Below are positions 1-11,900 of a DNA stretch of 64,000 nucleotides, in pieces (the first letter of the stretch is position 1; the number at the start of each line of letters is the position of its first letter). The DNA comes from the human T2T-CHM13v2.0 reference genome, Homo sapiens. The notes below the pieces were generated by a model. That model saw nothing but the letters and a program-made list of their open reading frames with translations, had not been told where the DNA came from and searched no databases. The stretch lies in the NCBI RefSeq assembly GCF_009914755.1, contig NC_060941.1. The stretch is one strand, 5' to 3'. The position numbers and the translations under genes were made by a program.

Positions 1-4
1 AAGG

Positions 5-21
5 TTTCGTTGGAAACGGAA
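5..21 (+). other. Degenerate CENP-B box (TTTCGTTGGAAACGGAA), degenerate in all HORs
   Basis: The core CGGG is replaced by CGGA, so it is predicted not to bind CENP-B. Confidence 0.8.
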
Positions 22-517
22 TCATCTTCACATAAAAATTACACAGAAGCATCCTCAGGAACTCCTTGGTGATGTTTGTATTCAACTTCCAGAGTTGAAC
101 TTTCCTTCGGAAAGAGCAGCTATGAAACACTCTTTTTCTAGAATCTGCAAGTGGACATTGGGAGGGCTGTGAGGTTTGTGGTGGAAAAGGAAATATCTCC
201 ACATAAATACTAGATAGAAGCCTTCTCAGAAACTCCTTTGTGATGATTGCATTCACCTCACGGAGTTGAGCACTCCTATTGACAGAGCAGTTTGGAAACA
301 CTCTTGTTGTAGAATCTCCTAGTGGAGATTTGGAGCGCTTTGAGGCCTATGGTAGTAAAGGGAAGAGCTTCACATAAAATCTAGACAGAAGCATTCTCAG
401 AAAATACTTTGTGATGATTGAGTTTAACACACAGAGCTGAACATTCCTTTGGATGGAGAAGGTTTGAAACACACTTTCTGTAGAATCTGCGAGTGGATAT
501 TTGGACCTCTCTGAGGA

Positions 518-534
518 TTTCGTTGGAAACGGGA
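518..534 (+). promoter_or_regulatory. CENP-B box, canonical (TTTCGTTGGAAACGGGA); recurs once per HOR
   Basis: Exact match to YTTCGTTGGAARCGGGA. Confidence 0.95.
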
Positions 535-683
535 TAACTGCACCTAACTAAACGGAAGCATTCTCACAAAATTCTTTGTGATGTTTGCATTCAAATCCCA
601 GAGTTGAACCTTCCTTTGATAGTTCAGCTTTGAAACACTCTTTTTGTAGGATCTGCAGGGGGATATTTGGACCACGCTTTGGC

Positions 684-700
684 CTTCGTTCGAAACGGGT
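684..700 (+). promoter_or_regulatory. CENP-B box variant with intact core (CTTCGTTCGAAACGGGT); recurs once per HOR
   Basis: The nine core bases of nTTCGnnnnAnnCGGGn are intact, and there is an extra CpG in the spacer. Confidence 0.88.
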
Positions 701-854
701 ACATCTTCAAATAAAATCTAGACAGAAGCCTTCTCAGAAACTTCTCTGTGACGATTGCATTCAACTCAAAGCGTTGAAACCTCCTATGGATAGAGCAGTT
801 TTGAATCTCTCTTTTTGTGGAATCTGCAAGTGGATATGTGGTCCTCTTTGAAGA

Positions 855-871
855 TGTCTTTGGAAACGGGA
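855..871 (+). other. Degenerate CENP-B box (TGTCTTTGGAAACGGGA), degenerate in all HORs
   Basis: The core TTCG is replaced by GTCT. Confidence 0.82.
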
Positions 872-1196
872 ATATCTTCACATAAAAACTAAACAGAAGC
901 ATTCTCAGAAACTTCTCTGTGATGTTTGTGTTCAACTCACAGAGTTTCACGTTGCTTTTCATAGAGCAGATGAGAAACATGCTTTTCGTAGGGTCTGCAA
1001 GTGGACATTTGGAGAGATTTCAGGCCAGTGGTGGAAAACGAATTATCGTCACGTAAAAACTAGAGAGAAGCATTGTCAGAAACTTGTTTGTGATGACTGC
1101 ATTCAACTCACAGAGTTGAAGGTTCCTTTTCAAACAGTAGTTTCCAAACACTCTTTCTGTGGCATCTGCAAGTGGATGTTTGGGCCTCTTTGAAGA

Positions 1197-1213
1197 TTTC
1201 GTTGGAAACGGGA
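1197..1213 (+). promoter_or_regulatory. CENP-B box, canonical; recurs once per HOR (broken in HOR25 and HOR27)
   Basis: TTTCGTTGGAAACGGGA here; the copies at 58294 and 63052 read ...AAACGAGA. Confidence 0.95.
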
Positions 1214-1709
1214 TAATCTTCACAGAAAAGCTAAACAGAAGCATTCTCAGAAACTTCTTTGTGATGTTTGCTTTCAACTCACAGAGTTGAACTTTCCTTT
1301 TGAGAGAGAAGCTTTGAAACACTCTTTTTCTAGAATCTGCAAGTGGATATTTGGAGGGCTTTGAGGCCTGTGGTGGCAAAAGAATTATCTTCCCGTAAGA
1401 ACTAGATAGATGCATTCTCAGAAACTTCTTTGTGACGATTGCATTCAAGTCACAGAGGTGAACATTCCCTTTCAGAGAGCACTTTGGAAACTCTCGCTGT
1501 GTAGAATCTGCAAGTGGAGATATGGACCGCTTTGAGGCCTATGGTAGTAAAGGAAACAGCTTCATATAAAAGCTAGACAGCAGCATTCTCAGAAAACTCT
1601 TTGTGATGACTGAGTTTAACTCACAGGGCTGAACATTCCTTTGGATGGAGCAGTTTGGAAACACACTATCTGTAGGATCTGCAAGCGGATACTTGGGCCT
1701 CTCTGAGGA

Positions 1710-1726
1710 TTTCGTTGGAAACGGGA
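1710..1726 (+). promoter_or_regulatory. CENP-B box, canonical; recurs once per HOR
   Basis: TTTCGTTGGAAACGGGA. Confidence 0.95.
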
Positions 1727-2047
1727 TAAACCGCACAGAACTAAACAGAAGCATTCTCAGAACCTTCTTCGTGATGTTTGCATTCAACCCACAGTGTTGA
1801 ACCTTTCTTTGATAGTTCAGGTTTGAAACACTCTTTTTGTAGAAACTGCAAGTGGATAACTGCACTTCTTTGAGGCCTATCGTAGTAAAGGAAATAACTT
1901 CCTATAAAAACAAGACAGAAGCTTTCTCAGAAAAATCTCTGGGATGATTGTGTTGAACTCACAGAGCAGTACTTTCCTTGGGATGGAGTAGTTTCGAAAC
2001 ACACTTTCTGTAGAATCTGCAAGTGGATATTTAGACCTGTCTGAGGA

Positions 2048-2064
2048 ATTCGTTGCAAACGGGA
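2048..2064 (+). promoter_or_regulatory. CENP-B box variant with intact core (ATTCGTTGCAAACGGGA), overlapping the once-per-HOR EcoRI site (GAATTC 2046-2051); broken in HOR2-12
   Basis: The core is intact in HOR1 and HOR13-27. HOR2-12 carry either a CAGG or a TACT allele. Confidence 0.85.
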
Positions 2065-2212
2065 TAATTTCAGCTAAGTAAACAGAAGCAGTCTCAGAAT
2101 TTTCTTGTGATGTTTGCATTCAAATCCCAGAATTGAACCTTCCTTTGAAAGTTCAGGTTGGAAACACTCTTTTTGGAGGATCTACAAGTGGATATTCGGA
2201 CCTCTCTGTGGA

Positions 2213-2229
2213 CTTCGTTCGAAACGGGT
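2213..2229 (+). promoter_or_regulatory. CENP-B box variant with intact core (CTTCGTTCGAAACGGGT); recurs once per HOR (broken at 47415)
   Basis: The core bases are intact and the sequence is the same as the box at 684. Confidence 0.88.
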
Positions 2230-2999
2230 ATATCTTCACATAACATCTAGACAGAAGCATTCTCAGAAACTTTTCTGTGATGACTGCATTCAACTCACAG
2301 AGTTGAACACTCCTTTTGAGAGCGCAGTTTGGAAACTCTCTTTCTCTGGAATCTGCAAGGGGACATGCAGACCTCTTTGAAGGTTTCGTTGGAAACGGAA
2401 TCATCTTCACATAAAAATTACACAGAAGCATCCTCAGGAACTCCTTGGTGATGTTTGTATTCAACTTCCAGAGTTGAACTTTCCTTCGGAAAGAGCAGCT
2501 ATGAAACACTCTTTTTCTAGAATCTGCAAGTGGACATTGGGAGGGCTGTGAGGTTTGTGGTGGAAAAGGAAATATCTCCACATAAATACTAGATAGAAGC
2601 CTTCTCAGAAACTCCTTTGTGATGATTGCATTCACCTCACGGAGTTGAGCACTCCTATTGACAGAGCAGTTTGGAAACACTCTTGTTGTAGAATCTCCTA
2701 GTGGAGATTTGGAGCGCTTTGAGGCCTATGGTAGTAAAGGGAAGAGCTTCACATAAAATCTAGACAGAAGCATTCTCAGAAAATACTTTGTGATGATTGA
2801 GTTTAACACACAGAGCTGAACATTCCTTTGGATGGAGAAGGTTTGAAACACACTTTCTGTAGAATCTGCGAGTGGATATTTGGACCTCTCTGAGGATTTC
2901 GTTGGAAACGGGATAACTGCACCTAACTAAACGGAAGCATTCTCACAAAATTCTTTGTGATGTTTGCATTCAAATCCCAGAGTTGAACCTTCCTTTGAT

Positions 3000-5900
3000 A
3001 GTTCAGCTTTGAAACACTCTTTTTGTAGGATCTGCAGGTGGATATTTGGACCACTCTTTGGCCTTCGTTCGAAACGGGTACATCTTCAAATAAAATCTAG
3101 ACAGAAGCCTTCTCAGAAACTTCTCTGTGACGATTGCATTCAACTCACAGCGTTGAACCCTCCTATGGATAGAGCAGGTTTGAATCTCTCTTTTTGTGGA
3201 ATCTGCAAGTGGATGTGTGGTCCTCTTTGAAGATGTCTTTGGAAACGGGAATATCTTCACATAAAAACTAAACAGAAGCATTCTCAGAAACTTCTCTGTG
3301 ATGTTTGTGTTCAACTCACAGAGCTTCACGTTGCTTTTCATAGAGCAGATGAGAAACATGCTTTTCATAGGGTCTGCAAGTGGACATTTGGAGAGCTTTC
3401 AGGCCTGTGGTGGAAAACGAATTATCGTCACGTAAAAACTAGAGAGAAGCATTGTCAGAAACTTGTTTGTGATGACTGCCTTCAACTCACAGAGTTGAAG
3501 GTTCCTTTTCAAACAGCAGTTTCCAAACACTCTTTCTGTGGCATCTGCAAGTGGAGGTTTGGGCCTCTTTGAAGATTTCGTTGGAAACGGGATAATCTTC
3601 ACAGAAAAGCTAAACAGAAGCATTCTCAGAAACTTCTTTGTGATGTTTGCTTTCAACTCACAGAGTTGAACTTTCCTTTTGAGAGAGAAGCTTTGAAACA
3701 CTCTTTTTCTAGAATCTGCAAGAGGATATTTGGAGGGTTTTGAGGCCTGAGGTGGAAAAGGAATTATCTTCCCGTAAGAACTAGATAGATGCATTCTCAG
3801 AAACTACTTTGTGACGATTGCATTCAAGTCACAGAGGTGAACATTCCCTTTCAGAGAGCACTTTGGAAACTCTCGTTGTGTAGAATCTGCAAGTGGAGAT
3901 ATGGACCGCTTTGAGGCCTATGGTAGTAAAGGAAACAGCTTCATATAAAAACTAGACAGCAGCATTCTCAGAAAACTCTTTGTGACGACTGAGTTTAACT
4001 CACAGGGCTGAACATTCCTTTGGATGGAGAAGTTTGGAAACACACTATCTGTAGGATCTGCAAGCGGATACTTGGGCCTCCCTGAGGATTTCGTTGGAAA
4101 CGGGATAAACCGCACAGAACTAAACAGAAGCATTCTCAGAACCTTCTTCGTGATGTTTGCATTCAACCCACAGTGTTGAACCTTTCTTTGATAGTTCAGG
4201 TTTGAAACACTCTTTTTGTAGAAACTGCAAGTGGATAACTGCACTTCTTTGAGGCCTATCGTAGTAAAGGAAATAACTTCCTATAAAAACAAGACAGAAG
4301 CTTTCTCAGAAAATTCTCTGGGATGATTGAGTTGAACTCACAGAGCAGTACTTTCCTTGGGATGGAGTAGTTTCAAAACACACTTTCTGTAGAATCTGCA
4401 AGTGGATATTTGGACCTGTATGAGGAATTCGTTGCAAACAGGATAATTTCAGCTAAGTAAACAGAAGCAGTCTCAGAATCTTCTTGTGATGTTTGCATTC
4501 AAATCCCAGAATTGAACCTTCCTTTGAAAGTTCAGGTTGGAAACACTCTTTTTGCAGGATCTACAAGTGGATATTCGGACCACTCTGTGGACTTCGTTCG
4601 AAACGGGTATATCTTCACATAACATCTAGACAGAAGCATTCTCAGAAACTTTTCTGTGATGACTGCATTCAACTCACAGAGTTGAACACTCCTTTTGAGA
4701 GCGCAGTTTGGAAACTCTCTTTCTCTGGAATCTGCAAGGAGACATGCAGACCTCTTTGAAGGTTTCGTTGGAAACGGAATCATCTTCACATAAAAATTAC
4801 ACAGAAGCATCCTCAGGAACTCCTTGGTGATGTTTGTATTCAACTTCCAGAGTTGAACTTTCCTTCGGAAAGAGCAGCTATGAAACACTCTTTTTCTAGA
4901 ATCTGCAAGTGGACATTGGGAGGGCTGTGAGGTTTGTGGTGGAAAAGGAAATATCTCCACATAAATACTAGATAGAAGCCTTCTCAGAAACAACATTGTG
5001 ATGATTGCATTCACCTCACGGAGTGGAGCATTCCTATTGACAGAGCAGTTTGGAAACACTCTTGTTGTAGAATCTGCTAGTGGAGATTTGGAGTGCTTTG
5101 AGGCCTATGGTAGTAAAGGGAAGAGCTTCACATAAAATCTAGACAGAAGCATTCTCAGAAAATACTTTGTGATGATTGAGTTTAACACACAGAGCTGAAC
5201 ATTCCTTTGGATGGAGAAGGTTTGAAACACACTTTCTGTAGAATCTGCGAGTGGATATTTGGACGTCTCTGAGGATTTCGTTGGAAACGGGATAACTGCA
5301 CCTAACTAAACGGAAGCATTCTCACAAAATTCTTTGTGATGTTTGCATTCAAATCCCAGAGTTGAACCTTCCTTTGATAGTTCAGGTTTGAAACACTCTT
5401 TTTGTAGGATCTGCAGGTGGATATTTGGACAACTCTTTGGCCTTCGTTCGAAACGGGTACATCTTCAAATAAAATCTAGACAGAAGCCTTCTCAGAAACT
5501 TCTCTGTGACGATTGCATTCAACTCACAGCGTTGAACCCTCCTATGGATAGAGCAGTTTTGAATCTCTCTTTTTGTGGAATCTGCAAGTGGATGTGTGGT
5601 CCTCTTTGAAGATGTCTTTGGAAACGGGAATATCTTCACATAAAAACTAAACAGAAGCATTCTCAGAAACTTCTCTGTGATGTTTGTGTTCAACTCACAG
5701 AGCTTCACGTTGCTTTTCATAGAGCAGATGAGAAACATGCTTTTCGTAGGGTCTGCAAGTGGACATTTGGAGAGCTTTCAGGCCTGTGGTGGAAAACGAA
5801 TTATCGTCACGTAAAAACTAGAGAGAAGCATTGTCAGAAACTTGTTTGTGATGACTGCCTTCAACTCACAGAGTTGAAGGTTCCTTTTCAAACAGCAGTT

Positions 5901-8900
5901 TCCAAACACTCTTTCTGTGGCATCTGCAAGTGGATGTTTGGGCCTCTTTGAAGATTTCGTTGGAAACGGGATAATCTTCACAGAAAAGCTAAACAGAAGC
6001 ATTCTCAGAAACTTCTTTGTGATGTTTGCTTTCAACTCACAGAGTTGAACTTTCCTTTTGAGAGAGAAGCTTTGAAACACTCTTTTTCTAGAATCTGCAA
6101 GTGGATATTTGGAGGGCTTTGAGGCCTGAGGTGGAAAAGGAATTATCTTCCCGTAAGAACTAGATAGATGCATTCTCAGAAACTACTTTGTGACGATTGC
6201 ATTCAAGTCACAGAGGTGAACATTCCCTTTCAGAGAGCACTTTGGAAACTCTCGTTGTGTAGAATCTGCAAGTGGAGATATGGACCGCTTTGAGGCCTAT
6301 GGTAGTAAAGGAAACAGCTTCATATAAAAACTAGACAGCAGCATTCTCAGAAAACTCTTTGTGACGACTGAGTTTAACTCACAGGGCTGAACATTCCTTT
6401 GGATGGAGCAGTTTGGAAACACACTATCTGTAGGATCTGCAAGCGGATACTTGGGCCTCTCTGAGGATTTCGTTGGAAACGGGATAAACCGCACAGAACT
6501 AAACAGAAGCATTCTCAGAACCTTCTTCGTGATGTTTGCATTCAACCCACAGTGTTGAACCTTTCTTCGATAGTTCAGGTTTGAAACACTCTTTTTGTAG
6601 AAACTGCAAGTGGATAACTGCACTTCTTTGAGGCCTATCGTAGTAAAGGAAATACCTTCCTATGAAAACAAGACAGAAGCTTTCTCAGAAAATTCTCTGG
6701 GATGATTGTGTTGAACTCACAGAGCAGTACTTTCCTTGGGATGGAGTAGTTTCGAAGCACACTTTCTGTAGAATCTGCAAGTGGATATTTGGACCTGTCT
6801 GAGGAATACTTTGCAAACGGGATAATTTCAGCTAAGTAAACAGAATCAGTCTCAGAATCTTCTTGTGATGTTTGCATTCAAATCCCAGAATTGAACCTTC
6901 CTTTGAAAGTTCAGGCTGGAAACACTCTTTTTGCAGGGTCTACAAGTGGATATTCGGTCCTCTCTGTGGACTTCGTTCGAAACGGGTATATCTTCACATA
7001 ACATCTAGACAGAAGCATTCTCAGAAACTTTTCTGTGATGACTGCATTCAACTCACAGAGTTGAACACTCCTTTTGAGAGCGCAGTTTGGAAACTCTCTT
7101 TCTCTGGAATCTGCAAGGGGACATGCAGACCTCTTTGAAGGTTTCGTTGGAAACGGAATCATCTTCACATAAAAATTACACAGAAGCATTCTCAGGAACT
7201 CCTTGGTGATGTTTGTATTCAACTTCCAGAGTTGAACTTTCCTTCGGAAAGAGCAGCTATGAAACACTCTTTTTCTAGAATCTGCAAGTGGACATTGGGA
7301 GGGCTGTGAGGTTTGTGGTGGAAAAGGAAATATCTCCACATAAATACTAGATAGAAGCCTTCTCAGAAACTACTTTGTGATGATTGCATTCACCTCACGG
7401 AGTGGAGCATTCCTATTGACAGAGCAGTTTGGAAACACTCTTGTTGTAGAATCTGCTAGTGGAGATTTGGAGCGCTTTGAGGCCTATGGTAGTAAAGGGA
7501 AGAGCTTCACATAAAATCTAGACAGAAGCATTCTCAGAAAATACTTTGTGATGATTGAGTTTAACACACAGAGCTGAACATTCCTTTGGATGGAGAAGGT
7601 TTGAAACACACTTTCTGTAGAATCTGCGAGTGGATATTTGGACCTCTCTGAGGATTTCGTTGGAAACGGGATAACTGCACCTAACTAAACGGAAGCATTC
7701 TCACAAAATTCTTTGTGATGTTTGCATTCAAATCCCAGAGTTGAACCTTCCTTTGATAGTTCAGCTTTGAAACACTCTTTTTGTAGGATCTGCAGGTGGA
7801 TATTTGGACCACTCTTTGGCCTTCGTTCGAAACGGGTACATCTTCAAATAAAATCTAGACAGAAGCCTTCTCAGAAACTTCTCTGTGACGATTGCATTCA
7901 ACTCACAGCGTTGAACCCTCCTATGGATAGAGCAGGTTTGAATCTCTCTTTTTGTGGAATCTGCAAGTGGATGTGTGGTCCTCTTTGAAGATGTCTTTGG
8001 AAACGGGAATATCTTCACATAAAAACTAAACAGAAGCATTCTCAGAAACTTCTCTGTGATGTTTGTGTTCAACTCACAGAGCTTCACGTTGCTTTTCATA
8101 GAGCAGATGAGAAACATGCTTTTCGTAGGGTCTGCAAGTGGACATTTGGAGAGCTTTCAGGCCTGTGGTGGAAAACGAATTATCGTCACGTAAAAACTAG
8201 AGAGAAGCATTGTCAGAAACTTGTTTGTGATGACTGCCTTCAACTCACAGAGTTGAAGGTTCCTTTTCAAACAGCAGTTTCCAAACACTCTTTCTGTGGC
8301 ATCTGCAAGTGGATGTTTGGGCCTCTTTGAAGATTTCGTTGGAAACGGGATAATCTTCACAGAAAAGCTAAACAGAAGCATTCTCAGAAACTTCTTTGTG
8401 ATGTTTGCTTTCTACTCACAGAGTTGAACTTTCCTTTTGAGAGAGAAGCTTTGAAACACTCTTTTTCTAGAATCTGCAAGTGGATATTTGGAGGGCTTTG
8501 AGGCCTGAGGTGGAAAAGGAATTATCTTCCCGTAAGAACTAGATAGATGCATTCTCAGAAACTACTTTGTGACGATTGCATTCAAGTCACAGAGGTGAAC
8601 ATTCCCTTTCAGAGAGCACTTTGGAAACTCTCGTTGTGTAGAATCTGCAAGTGGAGATATGGACCGCTTTGAGGCCTATGGTAGTAAAGGAAACAGCTTC
8701 ATATAAAAACTAGACAGCAGCATTCTCAGAAAACTCTTTGTGACGACTGAGTTTAACTCACAGGGCTGAACATTCCTTTGGATGGAGCAGTTTGGAAACA
8801 CACTATCTGTAGGATCTGCAAGCGGATACTTGGGCCTCCCTGAGGATTTCGTTGGAAACGGGATAAACCGCACAGAACTAAACAGAAGCATTCTCAGAAC

Positions 8901-11900
8901 CTTCTTCGTGATGTTTGCATTCAACCCACAGTGTTGAACCTTTCTTTGATAGTTCAGGTTTGAAACACTCTTTTTGTAGAAACTGCAAGTGGATAACTGC
9001 ACTTCTTTGAGGCCTATCGTAGTAAAGGAAATAACTTCCTATAAAAACAAGACAGAAGCTTTCTCAGAAAATTCTCTGGGATGATTGAGTTGAACTCACA
9101 GAGCAGTACTTTCCTTGGGATGGAGTAGTTTCAAAACACACTTTCTGTAGAATCTGCAAGTGGATATTTGGACCTGTATGAGGAATTCGTTGCAAACAGG
9201 ATAATTTCAGCTAAGTAAACAGAAGCAGTCTCAGAATCTTCTTGTGATGTTTGCATTCAAATCCCAGAATTGAACCTTCCTTTGAAAGTTCAGGTTGGAA
9301 ACACTCTTTTTGCAGGATCTACAAGTGGATATTCGGACCACTCTGTGGACTTCGTTCGAAACGGGTATATCTTCACATAACATCTAGACAGAAGCATTCT
9401 CAGAAACTTTTCTGTGATGACTGCATTCAACTCACAGAGTTGAACACTCCTTTTGAGAGCGCAGTTTTGAAACTCTCTTTCTCTGGAATCTGCAAGGGGA
9501 CATGCAGACCTCTTTGAAGGTTTCGTTGGAAACGGAATCATCTTCACATAAAAATTACACAGAAGCATTCTCAGGAACTCCTTGGTGATGTTTGTATTCA
9601 ACTTCCAGAGTTGAACTTTCCTTCGGAAAGAGCAGCTATGAAACACTCTTTTTCTAGAATCTGCAAGTGGACATTGGGAGGGCTGTGAGGTTTGTGGTGG
9701 AAAAGGAAATATCTCCACATAAATACTAGATAGAAGCCTTCTCAGAAACTACTTTGTGATGATTGCATTCACCTCACGGAGTGGAGCATTCCTATTGACA
9801 GAGCAGTTTGGAAACACTCTTGTTGTAGAATCTGCTAGTGGAGATTTGGAGCGCTTTGAGGCCTATGGTAGTAAAGGGAAGAGCTTCACATAAAATCTAG
9901 ACAGAAGCATTCTCAGAAAATACTTTGTGATGATTGAGTTTAACACACAGAGCTGAACATTCCTTTGGATGGAGAAGGTTTGAAACACACTTTCTGTAGA
10001 ATCTGCGAGTGGATATTTGGACCTCTCTGAGGATTTCGTTGGAAACGGGATAACTGCACCTAACTAAACGGAAGCATTCTCACAAAATTCTTTGTGATGT
10101 TTGCATTCAAATCCCAGAGTTGAACCTTCCTTTGATAGTTCAGCTTTGAAACACTCTTTTTGTAGGATCTGCAGGTGGATATTTGGACAACTCTTTGGCC
10201 TTCGTTCGAAACGGGTACATCTTCAAATAAAATCTAGACAGAAGCCTTCTCAGAAACTTCTCTGTGACGATTGCATTCAACTCACAGCGTTGAACCCTCC
10301 TATGGATAGAGCAGGTTTGAATCTCTCTTTTTGTGGAATCTGCAAGTGGATGTGTGGTCCTCTTTGAAGATGTCTTTGGAAACGGGAATATCTTCACATA
10401 AAAACTAAACAGAAGCATTCTCAGAAACTTCTCTGTGATGTTTGTGTTCAACTCACAGAGCTTCACGTTGCTTTTCATAGAGCAGATGAGAAACATGCTT
10501 TTCATAGGGTCTGCAAGTGGACATTTGGAGAGCTTTCAGGCCTGTGGTGGAAAACGAATTATCGTCACGTAAAAACTAGAGAGAAGCATTGTCAGAAACT
10601 TGTTTGTGATGACTGCCTTCAACTCACAGAGTTGAAGGTTCCTTTTCAAACAGCAGTTTCCAAACACTCTTTCTGTGGCATCTGCAAGTGGAGGTTTGGG
10701 CCTCTTTGAAGATTTCGTTGGAAACGGGATAATCTTCACAGAAAAGCTAAACAGAAGCATTCTCAGAAACTTCTTTGTGATGTTTGCTTTCAACTCACAG
10801 AGTTGAACTTTCCTTTTGAGAGAGAAGCTTTGAAACACTCTTTTTCTAGAATCTGCAAGAGGATATTTGGAGGGCTTTGAGGCCTGAGGTGGAAAAGGAA
10901 TTATCTTCCCGTAAGAACTAGATAGATGCATTCTCAGAAACTACTTTGTGACGATTGCATTCAAGTCACAGAGGTGAACATTCCCTTTCAGAGAGCACTT
11001 TGGAAACTCTCGTTGTGTAGAATCTGCAAGTGGAGATATGGACCGCTTTGAGGCCTATGGTAGTAAAGGAAACAGCTTCATATAAAAACTAGACAGCAGC
11101 ATTCTCAGAAAACTCTTTGTGACGACTGAGTTTAACTCACAGGGCTGAACATTCCTTTGGATGGAGCAGTTTGGAAACACACTATCTGTAGGATCTGCAA
11201 GCGGATACTTGGGCCTCCCTGAGGATTTCGTTGGAAACGGGATAAACCGCACAGAACTAAACAGAAGCATTCTCAGAACCTTCTTCGTGATGTTTGCATT
11301 CAACCCACAGTGTTGAACCCTTCTTTGATAGTTCAGGTTTGAAACACTCTTTTTGTAGAAACTGCAAGTGGATAACTGCACTTCTTTGAGGCCTATCGTA
11401 GTAAAGGAAATAACTTCCTATAAAAACAAGACAGAAGCTTTCTCAGAAAATTCTCTGGGATGATTGAGTTGAACTCACAGAGCAGTACTTTCCTTGGGAT
11501 GGAGTAGTTTCAAAACACACTTTCTGTAGAATCTGCAAGTGGATATTTGGACCTGTATGAGGAATTCGTTGCAAACAGGATAATTTCAGCTAAGTAAACA
11601 GAAGCAGTCTCAGAATCTTCTTGTGATGTTTGCATTCAAATCCCAGAATTGAACCTTCCTTTGAAAGTTCAGGTTGGAAACACTCTTTTTGCAGGATCTA
11701 CAAGTGGATATTCGGACCACTCTGTGGACTTCGTTCGAAACGGGTATATCTTCACATAACATCTAGACAGAAGCATTCTCAGAAACTTTTCTGTGATGAC
11801 TGCATTCAACTCACAGAGTTGAACACTCCTTTTGAGAGCGCAGTTTGGAAACTCTCTTTCTCTGGAATCTGCAAGGAGACATGCAGACCTCTTTGAAGGT

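Larger units (their letters stand above)
1..2379 (+). repeat. One HOR unit (arbitrary phase). Box sites at 5 (B*), ~176 (A), ~347 (A), 518 (B), 684 (B), 855 (B*), ~1026 (A), 1197 (B), ~1368 (A), ~1539 (A), 1710 (B), ~1876 (A), 2048 (B), 2213 (B); B* = degenerate CENP-B box
   Basis: Read directly from the sequence. A-type sites carry pJalpha-like GGTGGAAAAGGAA or GGTAGTAAAGGAA; B-type sites carry TTCGnnnnAnnCGGG. The short spacings (518 to 684, 1710 to ~1876, 2048 to 2213) fit the short monomer of SF3. Confidence 0.93.

Noticed and set aside
684-700. Short dyad CGTT-CGA-AACG / TTCGAA palindrome inside the variant CENP-B box
   Set aside because: The arms are only about 4 bp, too short to support a cruciform claim, and it is a fixed feature of this monomer type.
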